A DNA stretch of 64,000 nt, taken from positions 170,562,001-170,626,000 of the forward strand of contig NC_083243.1 in NCBI RefSeq assembly GCF_032191835.1, given 5' to 3'. This stretch comes from Heteronotia binoei. Lineage: Eukaryota. The notes under the pieces are model-generated. The model was not told the origin of the DNA. It saw only the letters and a program-made list of their open reading frames with translations, and did not search any database. The translations under genes and the position numbers were made by a program. Positions 48,790-61,939 of the stretch are shown in pieces (position 1 is the first letter of the stretch; each line of letters starts with the position of its first letter).

Positions 48790-49385
48790 ATTTACTTATT
48801 TATCAGGTTTGATGAATCACCCCATACAGGCGAAAGCCGGGCTCTAGGAGATGCACAACAGTGATTTAAAAATACAATAATCAATAAAACCAGTTAATAA
48901 AAAAAACAGATTACAACCCCTGATGGTGTCATATTAAAGTGCTACTATTCCTGCTTTGTGGATGCTGCATTGCGGGGGAAGGTGCCCCCTTTAGGGGGCA
49001 GAGGAGAGGGATTCCAGCTTGACAACCACTGGTGTCCTCAAGCAAAAGCCTGGTGGAACATCTCTGCTTTACAGGCCCTGCGAAATTGTAAAAGATCCCA
49101 CGGGGTCCTGATGTCTTCCAGCACAGCATTCCACCAGGTCGGGGCCAGGACTGAAAAGGTCCTGGCCCTTGTTGAGGACAGCCGGACCTCTTTGGGGCCA
49201 GGGATCACCAGGAGATTCTGGCTAGAAGAGCCTAACGCTATTCCAGGGACATAGCGGAGGAAGTTGTCCCTTAGATAAGTCAGTCCCAGACCACTCAAGG
49301 CCTTCAAGGTCATAACCAAAACCTTGAATCTGACTCGGTACTCAACCAGAAGCCAGTGTAGCTGGTGCAGCACAGGTAGGATATG
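48790..49385 (-). mobile_element. L2 LINE 3' fragment
   Basis: LHQLHWLLVEYRVRFKVL…RTFSVLAPTWWN peptide is L2 ORF2 C-terminal; AT-rich tail at ~48790. Confidence 0.85.
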
Positions 49386-50224
49386 TGTTGTCTGTTTTGA
49401 GATATGATAGCTTGGACTTTTCTATTTAAAAGCGCTGTGCGTCTTCCAAGATCAAGGAAGCAGTGCCCAAGTAGACCTTAGGAAAAGGACAGCAGATTCA
49501 GGTCGTGCCTGAACAAAGCATTACAGCTGGAACATGCATTCTTCATCTTTGTACTGACATTTTGAACTTTGTAAAACGGCAAAACACAAAGCTTTTCTGG
49601 CTTCTTAACCCTTTGTTACCTAGTATTTGGACATCTTCCAGATGTGCACTGTAACAAAAGCTTGCTGCCATTTCTGTGTTTTTCCTCTGGGGAGATGCAT
49701 GTGCATCAAGGGGTTTTGTTAGGCAGGCAAATTGTTGGAGATCCATAACATCTATGTTGCACTTGAAAGGTTAGATGAAAGGGTCCGTAGTGTCCACAGA
49801 TGTCAAAATATAAGGGTTTTTTTTAATAAAAAGCCAGCAAGGGAAATTGAGAGGCAGCATGGTGTAGTGAGCAGAATGCTGGACTATTTTTTGGAGATGC
49901 AGGTTCAAATCCCCACTGCACTGGGTGACCTTGGGCCAGTCGCATAGTCTCAGCCTAACCTACCTCTCAAGGTTGTTGTTTATAAAACGGAGAAGAAAAT
50001 GATGCAAACTGCTTTGGGACCTCATTAGGAAGAAATGTGGGATTTAAATGAAGTAAATAAATATTAGTAAAACTATTCATCTCTATGGGGCAACATAGTG
50101 TGATATGCAGTTAGAATTTTCAGGGATTAGGACTATGGAATTTTGTTTCTTTGGATGAATTTAGTTTCTTGAGATGACAGCTCTGGCAGATTAATGGCAC
50201 CTTTATAACTTTTGCTTTATTTGA

Positions 50225-50648
50225 TTTGGGGGTGGAGCCAGGAGCCAGGTTGTGACAAGCACAATTGAACTCCAAAGGGAATTCTGGCCATCACATTTAA
50301 AGAGACCACACAGCTTTTAAATACCTTCCTTACATTAGAAATAATAAAGGATAGGGGCACCTTCTGTAGGGGGGGTCATAGAATTGGACCCCCTAGTCCA
50401 ATCCTTTTGAAACTTGGAGGGTGTTTTGAGGAGAGGCATTGGATGCTATGCTGCAAATTTGGTGCTTCTATCTCAAAATACAGCTGCCCCCCCCATCAAT
50501 TCTCCATTATAACCTATGGGAATCTGTCTCCATAAGGAATAATGGAGTGCCCAGCAGACATCCCCTCCCACTTTCTGATGACCCTGAAGGGGGGCAGGGC
50601 CTCCAAACCAGGGGATCCCCTGCCCCCACCTGGGGATTGGCAACCCTT
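50225..50648. mobile_element. Partial copy of the hAT element at 47769-48265
   Basis: Colinear similarity with 47810-48265; ends ggcaaccct. Confidence 0.75.
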
Positions 50649-50969
50649 GGTGCTTCCATTTCAGCTCTGTTTCTGCCCCCTCCAAAGGCAAAACGTTTTC
50701 CTGTGCAACGTCTCCAATCTCGGCCCAGCACCTTGGGGAATACTGTCACTCATTTGGTGTTAAAACTCTCACTGCTAAACCGGGAGTCAGTGCATTGCAG
50801 GCAGCACCTTAGTGAGAGACTCATTTCACAATAATCGCACAGCAGACAGGGTAGATTATCAAGAGAACAGCACAGCCAGTTTTCTGTCTCTTACTGTCTG
50901 CTAACTCATTTCTCATTCAATTAAGGAAACATATCGCTGCTGGATAACTCATTGGGCAAACCGTGCTAA

Positions 50970-51294
50970 CTAAATCCCGTCCGGCTTCACGCCCTCCCGG
51001 TGCTTCCTAAATTCCAGGGCAGAAGCGCTACCAATACCAGCCACATGTTGGTAGTTAAATGTAAAACCCGCAAGGAGCCGCCCAGTCACAAGCCTAATTT
51101 CCTTCCCCTCTCTACAGCCTTCGTGGCGCGGCCAGTAACCACACACAGGCCTCCTGCTGGACCGCCTAGAAATCCTCGTTCTACCCAGGAAGAGTCTATG
51201 GTTTGTGCGAACAGAGCAAAAGGCATATTGCCGGAAATGCCTCTTCGTCGTGTTTCCGTTCGATACCAAAGGGTGAAAGCGAGCGTCACTGGAG
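50970..51294 (+). promoter_or_regulatory. TIMM10: TIMM10 CpG-rich promoter and non-coding exon 1
   Basis: CpG enrichment, ETS motif ccggaaat at 51231-51238, strong donor ggag|gtaagg at 51294/51295. Confidence 0.6.
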
Positions 51295-52432
51295 GTAAGG
51301 AAGCAGCGTTGCCTGCGTGGTGAGAGCGTGCCTGCCAGGGCCCATCTATGGTTCATCTGCGTTTGCTTTGCATGGGGTTGTAGTTGCACAGAGGAAGGCT
51401 GCGTAGGAGGCTGTGATCCGCTAGGAATCAAGCAGATCCTAACCCATGTAGGGTTGCCAACTCTGGACCGGGAAATTCTTGGAGATCGGGGGTAGAGGCT
51501 GGGAAGAGCGGGGTTTGGGAGAGGAGGGGCATCAGCATAATAATAGGGAGTCCACCCTTCAAAGCAATTAATCTCTGTGGTCTGGAGGTCAGTAATTCCA
51601 GCAGTTCTCCAGGCGGCACCTGGAGGCTGCGAATCGTAATTCCCATCTTATTGCTGTCCAACCCCAGAAGCAATAACGGGTTTTGGAGATCTCGATGGGG
51701 GATTTCATAGATTCAGATGAAACATGCCTTTCTACCTTTAGAAGATCAATATTCTTTAGCAATGTTGTGAATGTGGGTTTCTGGAGTTGCCGTTTTTCAG
51801 GGTTTCCCCTGGTCTCTATAAGTCGTTTCTGAGAGGGTAATTAATGTATCTCATCTCTAGTCCAAATGATTTTCTATAAAGGCATCTTCAATGTGCAACC
51901 TGCTCTTTTACATACTGAGTCTCCTGGGGTATATTGTGAACAATTGTTAATATATTTTAGGATGGCTTTGGTTTTTTCCAGTATGTTTTAATAATAACAA
52001 TAACACCTCTTTGTTTTTAAATTGATGCAGGATGAATGAATACAGCACCATCAGCAACTCATAGTAGTGTAGCTGGGGGTCTCGGGCTCTGGCGTGGCCC
52101 TTGGGATAAGAATTCAGAGGTGTTAGAAGAAAATTTGGAGAATATAGTATTAGGAAAAATCCTTATTGCTGCATTACTGACCTATTAGGTTGAGTGGGCT
52201 GTTAGCAGATTCAAATGTATTAGCTTTTTAAAATTTCCTGGTCCATCATTAGATAAAAGTATTGATGACAAAAATTAAAAGTCAAGAATAAATACAATGC
52301 GAACTGAAAAAACCAACAAAAACCTAAAATATTAAGTCCGTGGCAAATTACACAGATGATGGGTGCGTGATTATAGGATTTTTATGCTTTGTGCTTTTCC
52401 TATAGTATCAAGGATAAATACCTGGAAGTGTA

Positions 52433-52503
52433 ATGGATCCGTTGAGGGCGCAGCAACTGGCAGCTGAGCTGGAAGTGGAGATGATGGCCGATATGTACAA
52501 CAG
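52433..52503 (+). CDS. TIMM10: Mitochondrial import inner membrane translocase subunit Tim10, first coding exon ([24 protein letters not shown]); exon begins at 52406
   Basis: ctatag acceptor, donor cag|gtgcta, peptide matches the vertebrate TIMM10 N-terminus; translated by hand. Confidence 0.95.
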
Positions 52504-54532
52504 GTGCTAACCAGTGGGTGCTCTGCAAGGGTGTTTTGTAGTTGTCTTTTTGTTGTAGGTTCCAGTGCTGTGGTCATATCATTTTTGTAGTGTGCAAAAT
52601 GTATCATCTTATGTGCTTTTGTCATAATCTCTGTTTTTGTGAGACTATGCAAATTGCTATTTTGCATCAGCATCTTAGAATAACATCAGAAGTGCCTTTT
52701 TGTACCAGGCCATCTCAGCTAGTGCTCTGTGCCCCAGAATGGCCAATCAGATACTACTGGTTACTCATAGAAGGGCATTATGGTAGCATGAAGACTCCAA
52801 GTAACCATTGTAGATAATAGCTGTTGATAGGCTTTTATCCTTCATAGATTCCAAACCTGATTTAAGCCTTTCTCAGTCCATTAAAATCCATGGTTGTCAC
52901 AGTAGCCCTTAGCTGTGAATTATTAGTGACTGCAGTCTTTTTCATTTGGGGAACCCTGAGTTCTAGTATTATTCATAGTTGTATAAACTTCTTTGATGTG
53001 TTCTCTTAAAACTGTCTTTCAAAGCCAGAAACACTTCCATTTTTATTCCCAGGCAAAATGTTTCAGATGACAGGACCCATGCCTAGTCTATTAGAGGAAC
53101 AATACAGCGATATAAAATGAAGATAGGAGACAGATGGGAAGAAGATTATTCTCTGTCACTGAACAACTAGGATAGCTTATCTATTCACTTTGCTTTGACA
53201 GTTTTAGGTAGTTTGCAAAGTTGGGTGATATTACTTGAGTAGGGAACAGTTAGAGGTCTTAGGACTTCCCCAGAAATGCAAGAAAAGGGCTATCCAGAAG
53301 GAAGCCTTGACCCTGTCATACGGACACCAGCTTCTTCAGCAAGAGCTGGTGCCAGAGAAAAAAGATCCTTAAGGCAGTCATACTGGTGAGAACTTGGCAT
53401 TAAGAAATGGTATAACTGTTCACACTGTGTAAATGTTTTGCAAATGAAAGAATCTTGGCATTAAGATTACAAATATCATTTGGTATTTTGTTTTCTTTGC
53501 AACCCTTCTGTTTTTCTCTCCAGTTCGACTTGTGAACCTTCCAGTTGGCTGTATGTTTGTATATTCTTCCAAGACTGCATTTAGTAAATATTCCATTGCT
53601 GGTGGATCCTACTATTCCAGTATGAGGAGATACTTGGAATATGGCAGTCTTCAGCAGAGGAAGAAATAGTTATTTATTACCTTCTTCATTTATAGTCTGC
53701 CTTTTTGAGAAATTCAAGGCAGATGACAAAAATTAAAAGTCAAGAATAAATACAATGCAGACAACAGATATAGCAGATATTAAAAACTACCACCGTATCC
53801 CTTTCATAGGCAGTTTTGTTTTGTACAACCTGTGGAATTATACTAGCGTCAGAGCTTTCATGACCTCTTCAGGCATGCTGATACACAGATGTGAGCCACA
53901 ATGGAGGATGTTTAGATACAGGGAGCCTCTGATTTCACCCATTTGCAGGGCAGGGCACTGAATATTCCTTGCTCAGATAGATGAAGTTGTTACAGTCCAG
54001 AAAAATGCAAGAAGGGGTTCTGCAGATATCTCGGTTCTTGGCCATGAAGGATTTTATATGTAACAACCAGTGCCTTGAACTGAACTCAAAAACTAATTTA
54101 TAATCAGCGCAGTGTCTGCAGAAAAGGTGCTCCAGATAGTAATTGGGCTGCAGTGTTCTGTATCAACTGAAGTTTCCAAGTTGTCTTCGAAAGTAGTCCC
54201 ATGTAAAGCATGTTATACTAGTCTAGCTTTGCAGTTGTTGTTACATAGATCCAGGTGGCCAGATCAGCTGGGAGAAGATAGGGAGCCATCCTCCTTGCTA
54301 CATAGACGTGGCAGAAGGCAATTTTTACAACTGAACTAACTTGCTTTTCCAACAATAATAGTAGGTAAAATATAACACCCCCCAGCCCTTATCAGAGTCC
54401 GCCAAAGTCAGCTGAAATCCATCAAATGGGAGAAGCACAATATCCTCCAAGACCTCAGCCTGTTTATTTACTTCCAGTCTTGGAATGCAGCCTGATGCTA
54501 TGCATAATTATTGAGGGGAAAAGTCACTTAAG

Positions 54533-55165
54533 ACCATAAGAGAAGTCATGTTGGATCAGGCCAATGGCCCATCCAGTCCAACACTATGTCACATAGTGGC
54601 CAAAAAAACCAAGTGCCATCAGAAGATCCACCAGTGGGGCCAGGACACTAGAAGCCCTCCCTCTGTACACCCGCCCCCCCCAAGCACCAAGAATACAGAA
54701 CATCACTGCCCCAGACAGAGAGTTCCAACAATAAGCTGTGTCTAATAGCCAACTGATGGACCTCTGCTCCATATGTTTATCCAATCCCCTCTTGAAGCTG
54801 TCTATGCTTGTAGCCACTGCCACCTCCTGTGGCAGTGAATTCCACATGTTAATCACCCTTTGGGTGAAGAAGTACTTCCTTTTATTAGTTCTAACCCGAC
54901 TGTTCAGCAATTTCATTGAATGCCCACAAGTTCTCGTAGTGTGAGAAAGGGAGAAAAGGGCTTCTTTCTCTACTTTCTCTATCCCATACATAATCTTGTA
55001 AACCTCTATCATGTCACCCTTCAGTCGACGTTTCTCCAAGCTGAAGAGCCCCAAGAGTTTTAACTTTTCTTCATAGGGAAAGTGTTACAACCCTTTCATC
55101 ATTCTAGTTGCCCTTTTCTGGACTTTTTCCAATAATATCTTTTTTTGAGGTGCAGTGACCAGAAT
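54533..55165 (-). mobile_element. CR1 LINE 3' end
   Basis: LFSLEKRRLKGDMIEVYKIM…FFTQRVINMWNSLP is the CR1 ORF2 C-terminus, followed by 3' UTR and cataag-type tail. Confidence 0.9.
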
Positions 55166-56400
55166 TCTTCAGGCTTTGTCTCAAATAAGTATGCATAGAA
55201 TTGTAGCTGTGTAACAGAACCCAGTGCTATTCACTTGAGATTAAATGTGCAAAGTTACCGTATATATCAGCCTGATGCTTGGGAGGTGAGAAATCTGTTC
55301 TGAAGGACTCTGTAACATTCTTTTTCACTCACACAGAATCCCTACCACCCTCCACAACCTCTGTCCCATAGGTTCAGGTTTACAGATAGGTCAGACACCG
55401 TTTACCACTTGTCTTACGTCTTTTAAGATATATAGAGAGCCATGGTTGTTTCACATCTCAGGTCCTCTCTGTCATTCAGAGGGACATCTCCAGACAGGAT
55501 AGCCGAGGCCCCTTGAATAATTGCCCCTCATTCAGACATTGCACAGAGTTATTGAGGTTGGGGACTCACACAAAGTTTCAGTCACTCACTGACACCATTT
55601 ATCCATATCCTAATATATAGATATAGTCCAAGATCTTAGTTTGTGTGTGTGTGTGCTTCTTTCCGCAAGACCTCACATCCAGTCCACAGGGTTAACAAAC
55701 AAGGAGTTAAGTTTTATTTACAGTTTGAGCATAACACTGGAGTAGGATAAATAGAAGTTACAAAGTTGCTTTTCAGTTGAACTTTTGAACTGCTTTCCTG
55801 TTAAGGCATTTGGGTTTCTTTATTACAGTTTGACCTTTTTCCAGTCAGTGTTAAGCCCTTTTGCCACAGCTTCACTCAGCCAAACTCTGCCAACTCAACT
55901 AATGGCTCTCTTCAACTAACTAACATTCCATCAGTTTCCATTGGCCATTCTCAGGGAGAGGCGGAACCTAACCCGTCTGTCACAAACTGCCTGTCTGTCT
56001 TAATAAGCATCATAAATTAGATTATCATGTGAGTTAGGATGTGTCAAACTCTAGGGTGCCTTGAGACCATCGAGACAACAAAACATAATCCCAAAGGATC
56101 TGTGGCTCAGAGTAAGTTTATTTTAAATTGACTTATTGATTTGTTTGCTTCTGAGCAGTAGGCAACAACATAAAAATTTAAATTATTTATTTATTTAATG
56201 GTTTAGGCATCGTTTCCCTCAGAAAAACAGAGGTTGGGGTCTTCATAACCCAGTAAGTGCCTCTGTGGAATTTTCGGCATCTTCAGAGCGAGGGGGCATA
56301 AACTGTAGATAAGAACTGAGAGTGTTTGGCTAAACAGAAAGCATAGTTGGAGCAGCCATGGGGCTGCCATTGTCTCATGATCTCTCTTGTTCTGTCCCAG

Positions 56401-56602
56401 AATGACCAATGCCTGCCATCGCAAATGCGTGCCGCCACACTACAAGGAGGCTGAGCTGTCCAAGGGGGAGTCGGTGTGCCTGGATCGTTGCGTTGCCAAG
56501 TATTTGGATATCCATGAACGCATGGGCAAGAAATTGACAGAGCTCTCAATGCAGGATGAAGAACTAATGAAGAGGATGCAACAAGGGGCTGGGCCAGCAT
56601 AA
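56401..56602 (+). CDS. TIMM10: TIMM10 last coding exon ([66 protein letters not shown])
   Basis: cccag acceptor, phase 2, twin CX3C motifs; total CDS 273 nt = 90 aa. Confidence 0.97.
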
Positions 56603-56692
56603 GCCACTTCCCCTTGATAATGGACAGCATGCCCACTGCCACCTCCTTTCCCAACTTGGTGCCTGATCTCCATGCTGGTTTTTTCCTTTGCC

Positions 56693-56698
56693 AATAAA
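56693..56698 (+). terminator. TIMM10: TIMM10 polyadenylation signal AATAAA
   Basis: Canonical hexamer ~90 nt after the stop, followed by GT-rich sequence. Confidence 0.65.
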
Positions 56699-57478
56699 AT
56701 GTTAAGGTTGTATCACTTCTGCTGACTAAGTTTGCTAGAGTTTTGCCTTCCTTGATTAGACCTACCAGGCAAATAGGGACAAGTGAAGAGTGCCCTGTGA
56801 GTAGAGACAGTCTGTCCTCCACTTGTCGGAATGTTCTTTTCAGCATGGTGGAAGGCTGAAGAGTGCAATGTCTTAGGTTATGTTCAGTGCTTGAATGTGG
56901 CTTTTCTTAGGCAAAATCCAATTCTGTAAGACTGTATGACTTGCAGAGAAATTGCCCTCCCTCCATTCAGTCCAGAGACTATTTCTGGGCACCTTATTAC
57001 AAATGTGATGTAGAAATAACTAAAAGGTGTCATGGCCTGTATGTAGGGATACTATTTGCCAGGTGGGGGCAGGGAATTCCCCATTTTGTGGGCTCCTGTC
57101 CACTGCTGGCTGGCAGGAGGAAATCCCCTCCCAAACAGCGATGCTACGTGCAACACACTGATGTCACTCGGAAGTGACATCAGCATGTCAGTGACGTTGG
57201 GGGACACTCTGCTTTTTGGGCAAAACTCTATGGTTTGAGGCCAATTTTACCAAAGAGTTTTGCCAAAAAAGCAGAGCATCACCCCCAACATTTGCTGGCA
57301 CGTGTTGTCCCCACCCACTCCTGGAATGCTCCCCCAAATCCCCCCATTAGTCCGATAAAGAGACCTGGCAACCCTTTCTGTATCACATAATGATGTTAAA
57401 CAATCATGTTGAATTATGCCAGTCAAAATTAGAAAATAACTCCTAATGGGTAAAGATGATTTGCAAAGGAGCATAAAC

Positions 57479-57856
57479 TAGGGATGGGAACAAACCGATT
57501 TAGGAACCAAAGTTCACGTTGAACTGGGTTGGTTTGTTGGTTTGCAAACCACAATGTAGACAATCATATTTGCAAGCCACCTAAGAACTGCCATGTTTTT
57601 AATGTGGTTCATTCTGTTTGTAGATCTGTAAATGCATTCCCTTCTGCTGAGGCATGCTGCTACAGCAGTGCTCCTCAGCGAGTGAAGGGAAGGCATTTAA
57701 AAATGCTGCCGCCCCCCCTCCCCCCCCCCCCGTGGAAGCTTTCCTCCAACTCACGAACCTCAAACCATTATGGGAAACTAAAATGTTTTTTTTGGGGGGG
57801 GTAGTAGTTTCTCTTGAACCACGAACCTCCATTTTTCTGATTCATGCCTGTCCCTA
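57479..57856. mobile_element. hAT (TAGGGATG-terminus) non-autonomous element
   Basis: Ends tagggatgggaacaaac and gcctgtcccta; degenerate TSD; related to 19150-19969. Confidence 0.6.
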
Positions 57857-60177
57857 CATACAACTTGCCAATTATTTACTACTTGTTATAAGATTCTAAA
57901 GATAAGGTCTATAAACAGTCACCATGCTGCAAGATTAATAACAGACGCTCGGAGCTAGATTCTGTTGCAAATGCTATTAGCTGAATTGCATTACAGGTGG
58001 ATGTCAGCCATGGAGCAGATTTAGTAAGGGCAAACAAGATAATCGATATGAACTATATCTGTATATGTTGTTACTTTGAATACATATTGTAGACTTCTTG
58101 CTCTGCTTCAGCAATGGGGGGTATAAGCTGGTAGAAGTAGCTTCTTTTGTAATGTCTGTTTTTTCTTGCTTTAATCCGATCAAGGCAGAGTGGTGTAGTG
58201 GTTAGACTAGAATCTGGGAGACCCAGGTTCAAATTTCCACTCTGCCATAGAAACTTGCTGGGTGACGTTGGGCCACTCACATGCACTCAGCGTAACCTGT
58301 CTCAGAAGCAGAGGAGACGGATGTCAACTGCTCTAGGTCCCAATTGGGGAGAAAGGTATAAGTGAAGTAGATAAGTGCATGGCATGAGAATCTGGACTGC
58401 AGTGCATGATGGGAGAGAAGTCTTGAGTATCAGAAAAATGCAGGCTGTTCTGTTTAGTGTAGTGTCTTGAACTGAAACTGAGAAATGAGCATTTAAGTAA
58501 GCCCCTTGCTCTTGGCTGAGACTAAGAATGAAGCTGATTGCAGTAGTTTCAGTAGACACCCAGCAGGGGGAACTGAAGCCTGAGTTTTTGCAGCATCACA
58601 TGTCATGAATAGGAGCCAAGGCCTTTGCAAAAGTTTGAGAGAAAACAGAGGAGCAGATGATACCATTGCAGGGGTAAGGACGAACAGCAGCCATGCTTCT
58701 AGCTAGAGTAAAATCTGATATAGTGTGCCTTGAGAGGAAACCAGAGAATTGTGGCATGCTGGAATGTTTAATATATGGCTACTGATTTTAAAAAAAACCA
58801 ATTGGCAAACCAGTAAATGCCAGCCTTCACTTCTTCTGCAAACACACTGTAAGTCAAAGCTGCTGTTTTTATGTGCTTATTAAAACATATCATTTCCCAT
58901 CTCACTTGTTCTGGGTTTTTGTTGGAGTTTTGGGTCATTTGTCTACAATTTGATTGTATATAGTTCACTTCACTTTGTGTTCTCTAGTGTAAAGGAGATA
59001 GCATATGACTGCTTTGCATTAAGTTGCTATAGCTGTTGTCCTGGCTGCCTCCAGCATAATTTAATCCAGCAGCACTTAAATAAATGATCTGTTTGGTTTG
59101 TTGTAATAGCTGTCATTTTATCCATCGCTGCCTCCAAAAATTATATTTTTGCGCCTATCTGTGAGGCAGCAAAATAGACCAATCCACAAGACTAGAGACA
59201 AGGTAGGGGTTTCTCCATACTTGGAGGAATACCCAGCTATGCACAAACATGCTAGTTTGCAAATTCAAGAGTATCGCTATCCACAACAGCCTACTTAGGA
59301 CTGAGCATGCTTCTTGTTTTCCAAGAGACATACAGTTGAGTGACAGTGAAAGAGAGAACTGGGGGAGGGGGGGGGTCTGTGATAAATAATGTAAATATCC
59401 AGCCCAGTTAGCCTCCAAGCTCAGCACTTGATGCTACATGGCTTGGTAGCTGAGGTTTAGAGCTAGATGAGCAGGAAGTTCATTGATTCATAGCACTCAG
59501 CAATCTTGTGCTATTGTGGAAGGGATTCCCAACTGTTTATCCTCCTGTGATTTGGAGGGTTCTGATTTGTTTCCAAATGGCAGAAAAGTCACTGGATGAG
59601 AACTGAATCTGCTCATGGCTTAGGGTGTTCACGGCACCTGAATGCAGTTCAGGGAAGGATATGGGAGCAGGGAAATTGGCTAGCTCAAGCCCTAATGGAG
59701 CTGGGGCGTGGGGTGAAATAGTCATATTACTGTGTTGCAGCAAAAATAAACAGTCTTGTGGCAGGTTCAAAACCAACGACATTCCACCATAAACTGTTCT
59801 GGCCCAGATTCTTTATGCTAATGTTAGAATAACATTTCATTAGTCTAACATGCTGCAAGACTCCTGGAGAAAAATGTCCCTGCCCTTTTAATAGAGGCTT
59901 AGTGTGTGGAAACAGGCCACCAAAGCTTTTCATAATATATAGAGGTAAATAGCATCCCATTATGCCTCAGTTAAAGAGAGGACTTTTTTTTCACTTTGTG
60001 TTATATAGTGTAAAGGAGATAGCATGTGGCTGCTTTGCATTAAGTTGCTATAGCTGTTGGCCTGGCCTGTTAGCAACCAAAGTTGTGTTGTACTAAAGGA
60101 ATTTCCTATTCACATATTCCTCTGTGATTCCTCAAATTTATTGGTCAAAAACGTTTGTTATATTTTAGGTGGCCAGC

Positions 60178-61939
60178 CTGAAGGAACAAGGCAAAGCAAT
60201 AGAGGAAAATAATGAATGGGAAGGACAAGAGATCTATTCAAGAAAATTGGAGAAATCAAGGGAATGTTTCATGCAAAGATGGCCATGATAAAAGACAAAA
60301 ATGGTAGGGACCTAACAGAAGCAGAGAGATCAGGAAGCGGTGGCAAGAATACACAGAAGAATTATACAAGAAGGATCTCAATGCCCTGAACAACCATGAC
60401 AGTGAAATTGATGACCTTGAGCCAGACATCCTGGAGAGTGAAGTCAAATGGGCTTTAGAAAGTATTACTAACAACAAAGCAAGCAGAGATTATGGTTTCC
60501 CAGTTGAGTTATTCAAAGTCCTAAAAGATGATGCTGTTAAAGTGATGCACACATTATGTCAACAAATTTGGAAAACACAACAGTGGCCACAGGATTGGAA
60601 AAGATCGGTTAATATTCCAATCCTAAAGAAGGGTAATGCCAAGGAATGTTCAAACTATCACACCATTGCACTCATTTCAGATGCCAGCAAGGTCATTTTA
60701 AAGATCCTACAAGCTAGGCTTCAGCAGTATGTCGATCGGGAACTACCAGAAGTTTAAGCTGGGTTTCGGAGAGGTAGAGGAACTAGAAATCAAATTGCCA
60801 ACATTCGATGGATTACGGAGAAAGCATGGGAGTATCAGAAAAATGTCTATTTCTGCTTCATTGACTAGGCTAAAGCCTTTGATTGTGTGGATCACAACAA
60901 ACTGTGGCAAGTCCTTAAAGAGATGGGAGCACCAGACCACCTCACATGTCTCCTGAAAAACCTGTATAGGGGTCAAGAAGCAACTGTCAGAACGCGATAT
61001 GGAACAACTGATTGGTTTAGAATAGGAAAAGGAGTTTGACAAGGATGTATATTGTCATCCTGCTTATTTAATTTATATGCAGAGTACATCATGCAGAATG
61101 CTGTCCTGGAAGAAGTATAAACCGGAATTAAGATTGCCGGGAAAAACATCAACAACCTCAGATATGCAGATGACACTACTCTAATGGCAGAAAATGAGGA
61201 GGACCTAAAGAACCTCTTGTTGAGGGTGAAAGAGGAGAGCACAAAAGTAGGCTTGAAACTCAACATCAAAAAAACTAAGATCATGGCATCTGGCCCCATC
61301 ACACCTTGGCAAATAGAAGGGGAAGACATGGAAGTAGTGACAGACTTCACATTTCTGGGATCCAAGATCACTGCGGATGGTGACTGTAGCCATGAAATTA
61401 AAAGACGTTTGCTCCTTGGGAGGACAGCTATGGCGAACCTGGGCAGTATAATAAAAAAGTAGAGACATCACCCTGCCAACAAAAGTCTGTATAGTTAAAG
61501 TGATGGTATTCCCAGTAGTAATGTATGGCTGTGAGAGCTGGACCATAAGGAAGGCTGAGCGCAGAAGAATAAATGCTTTTGAGATGTGATGCTGGAGAAG
61601 ACTCTTGAGAGTCCCTTGGACTGCAAGAAGATCAAATCAGTCAGTCCTAAGGGAAATCAACCCAGACTGTTCCCTGGAAGGTCAGATGCTGAAGTTGAAG
61701 CTCAAATACTTTGGCCACCAAATGAGAAGGGAGCACTCCCTGGAGAAGATCCTGATGCTAGGAAAGACAGAAGGCAAAAGACGAAGGGGATGGCAGAAGA
61801 TGAGATGGCTGGACAGTGTTACTGATGTAACTAACACAAATTTGAGCAGACTTCAGAGGATGGTGGAAGACAGGAGGGCCTGGCATGACTTTGTCCATGG
61901 GGTCGCAAAGAGTCTGACTCAACTGTGCGACTGAACAAC
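60178..61939 (+). mobile_element. 5'-truncated BovB (RTE) LINE
   Basis: RT peptides (NLRYADDTTLMAE), complete 3' tail gactgaacaaca; TSD AGGTGGCCAGC at 60167-60177 and 61940-61950. Confidence 0.92.
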
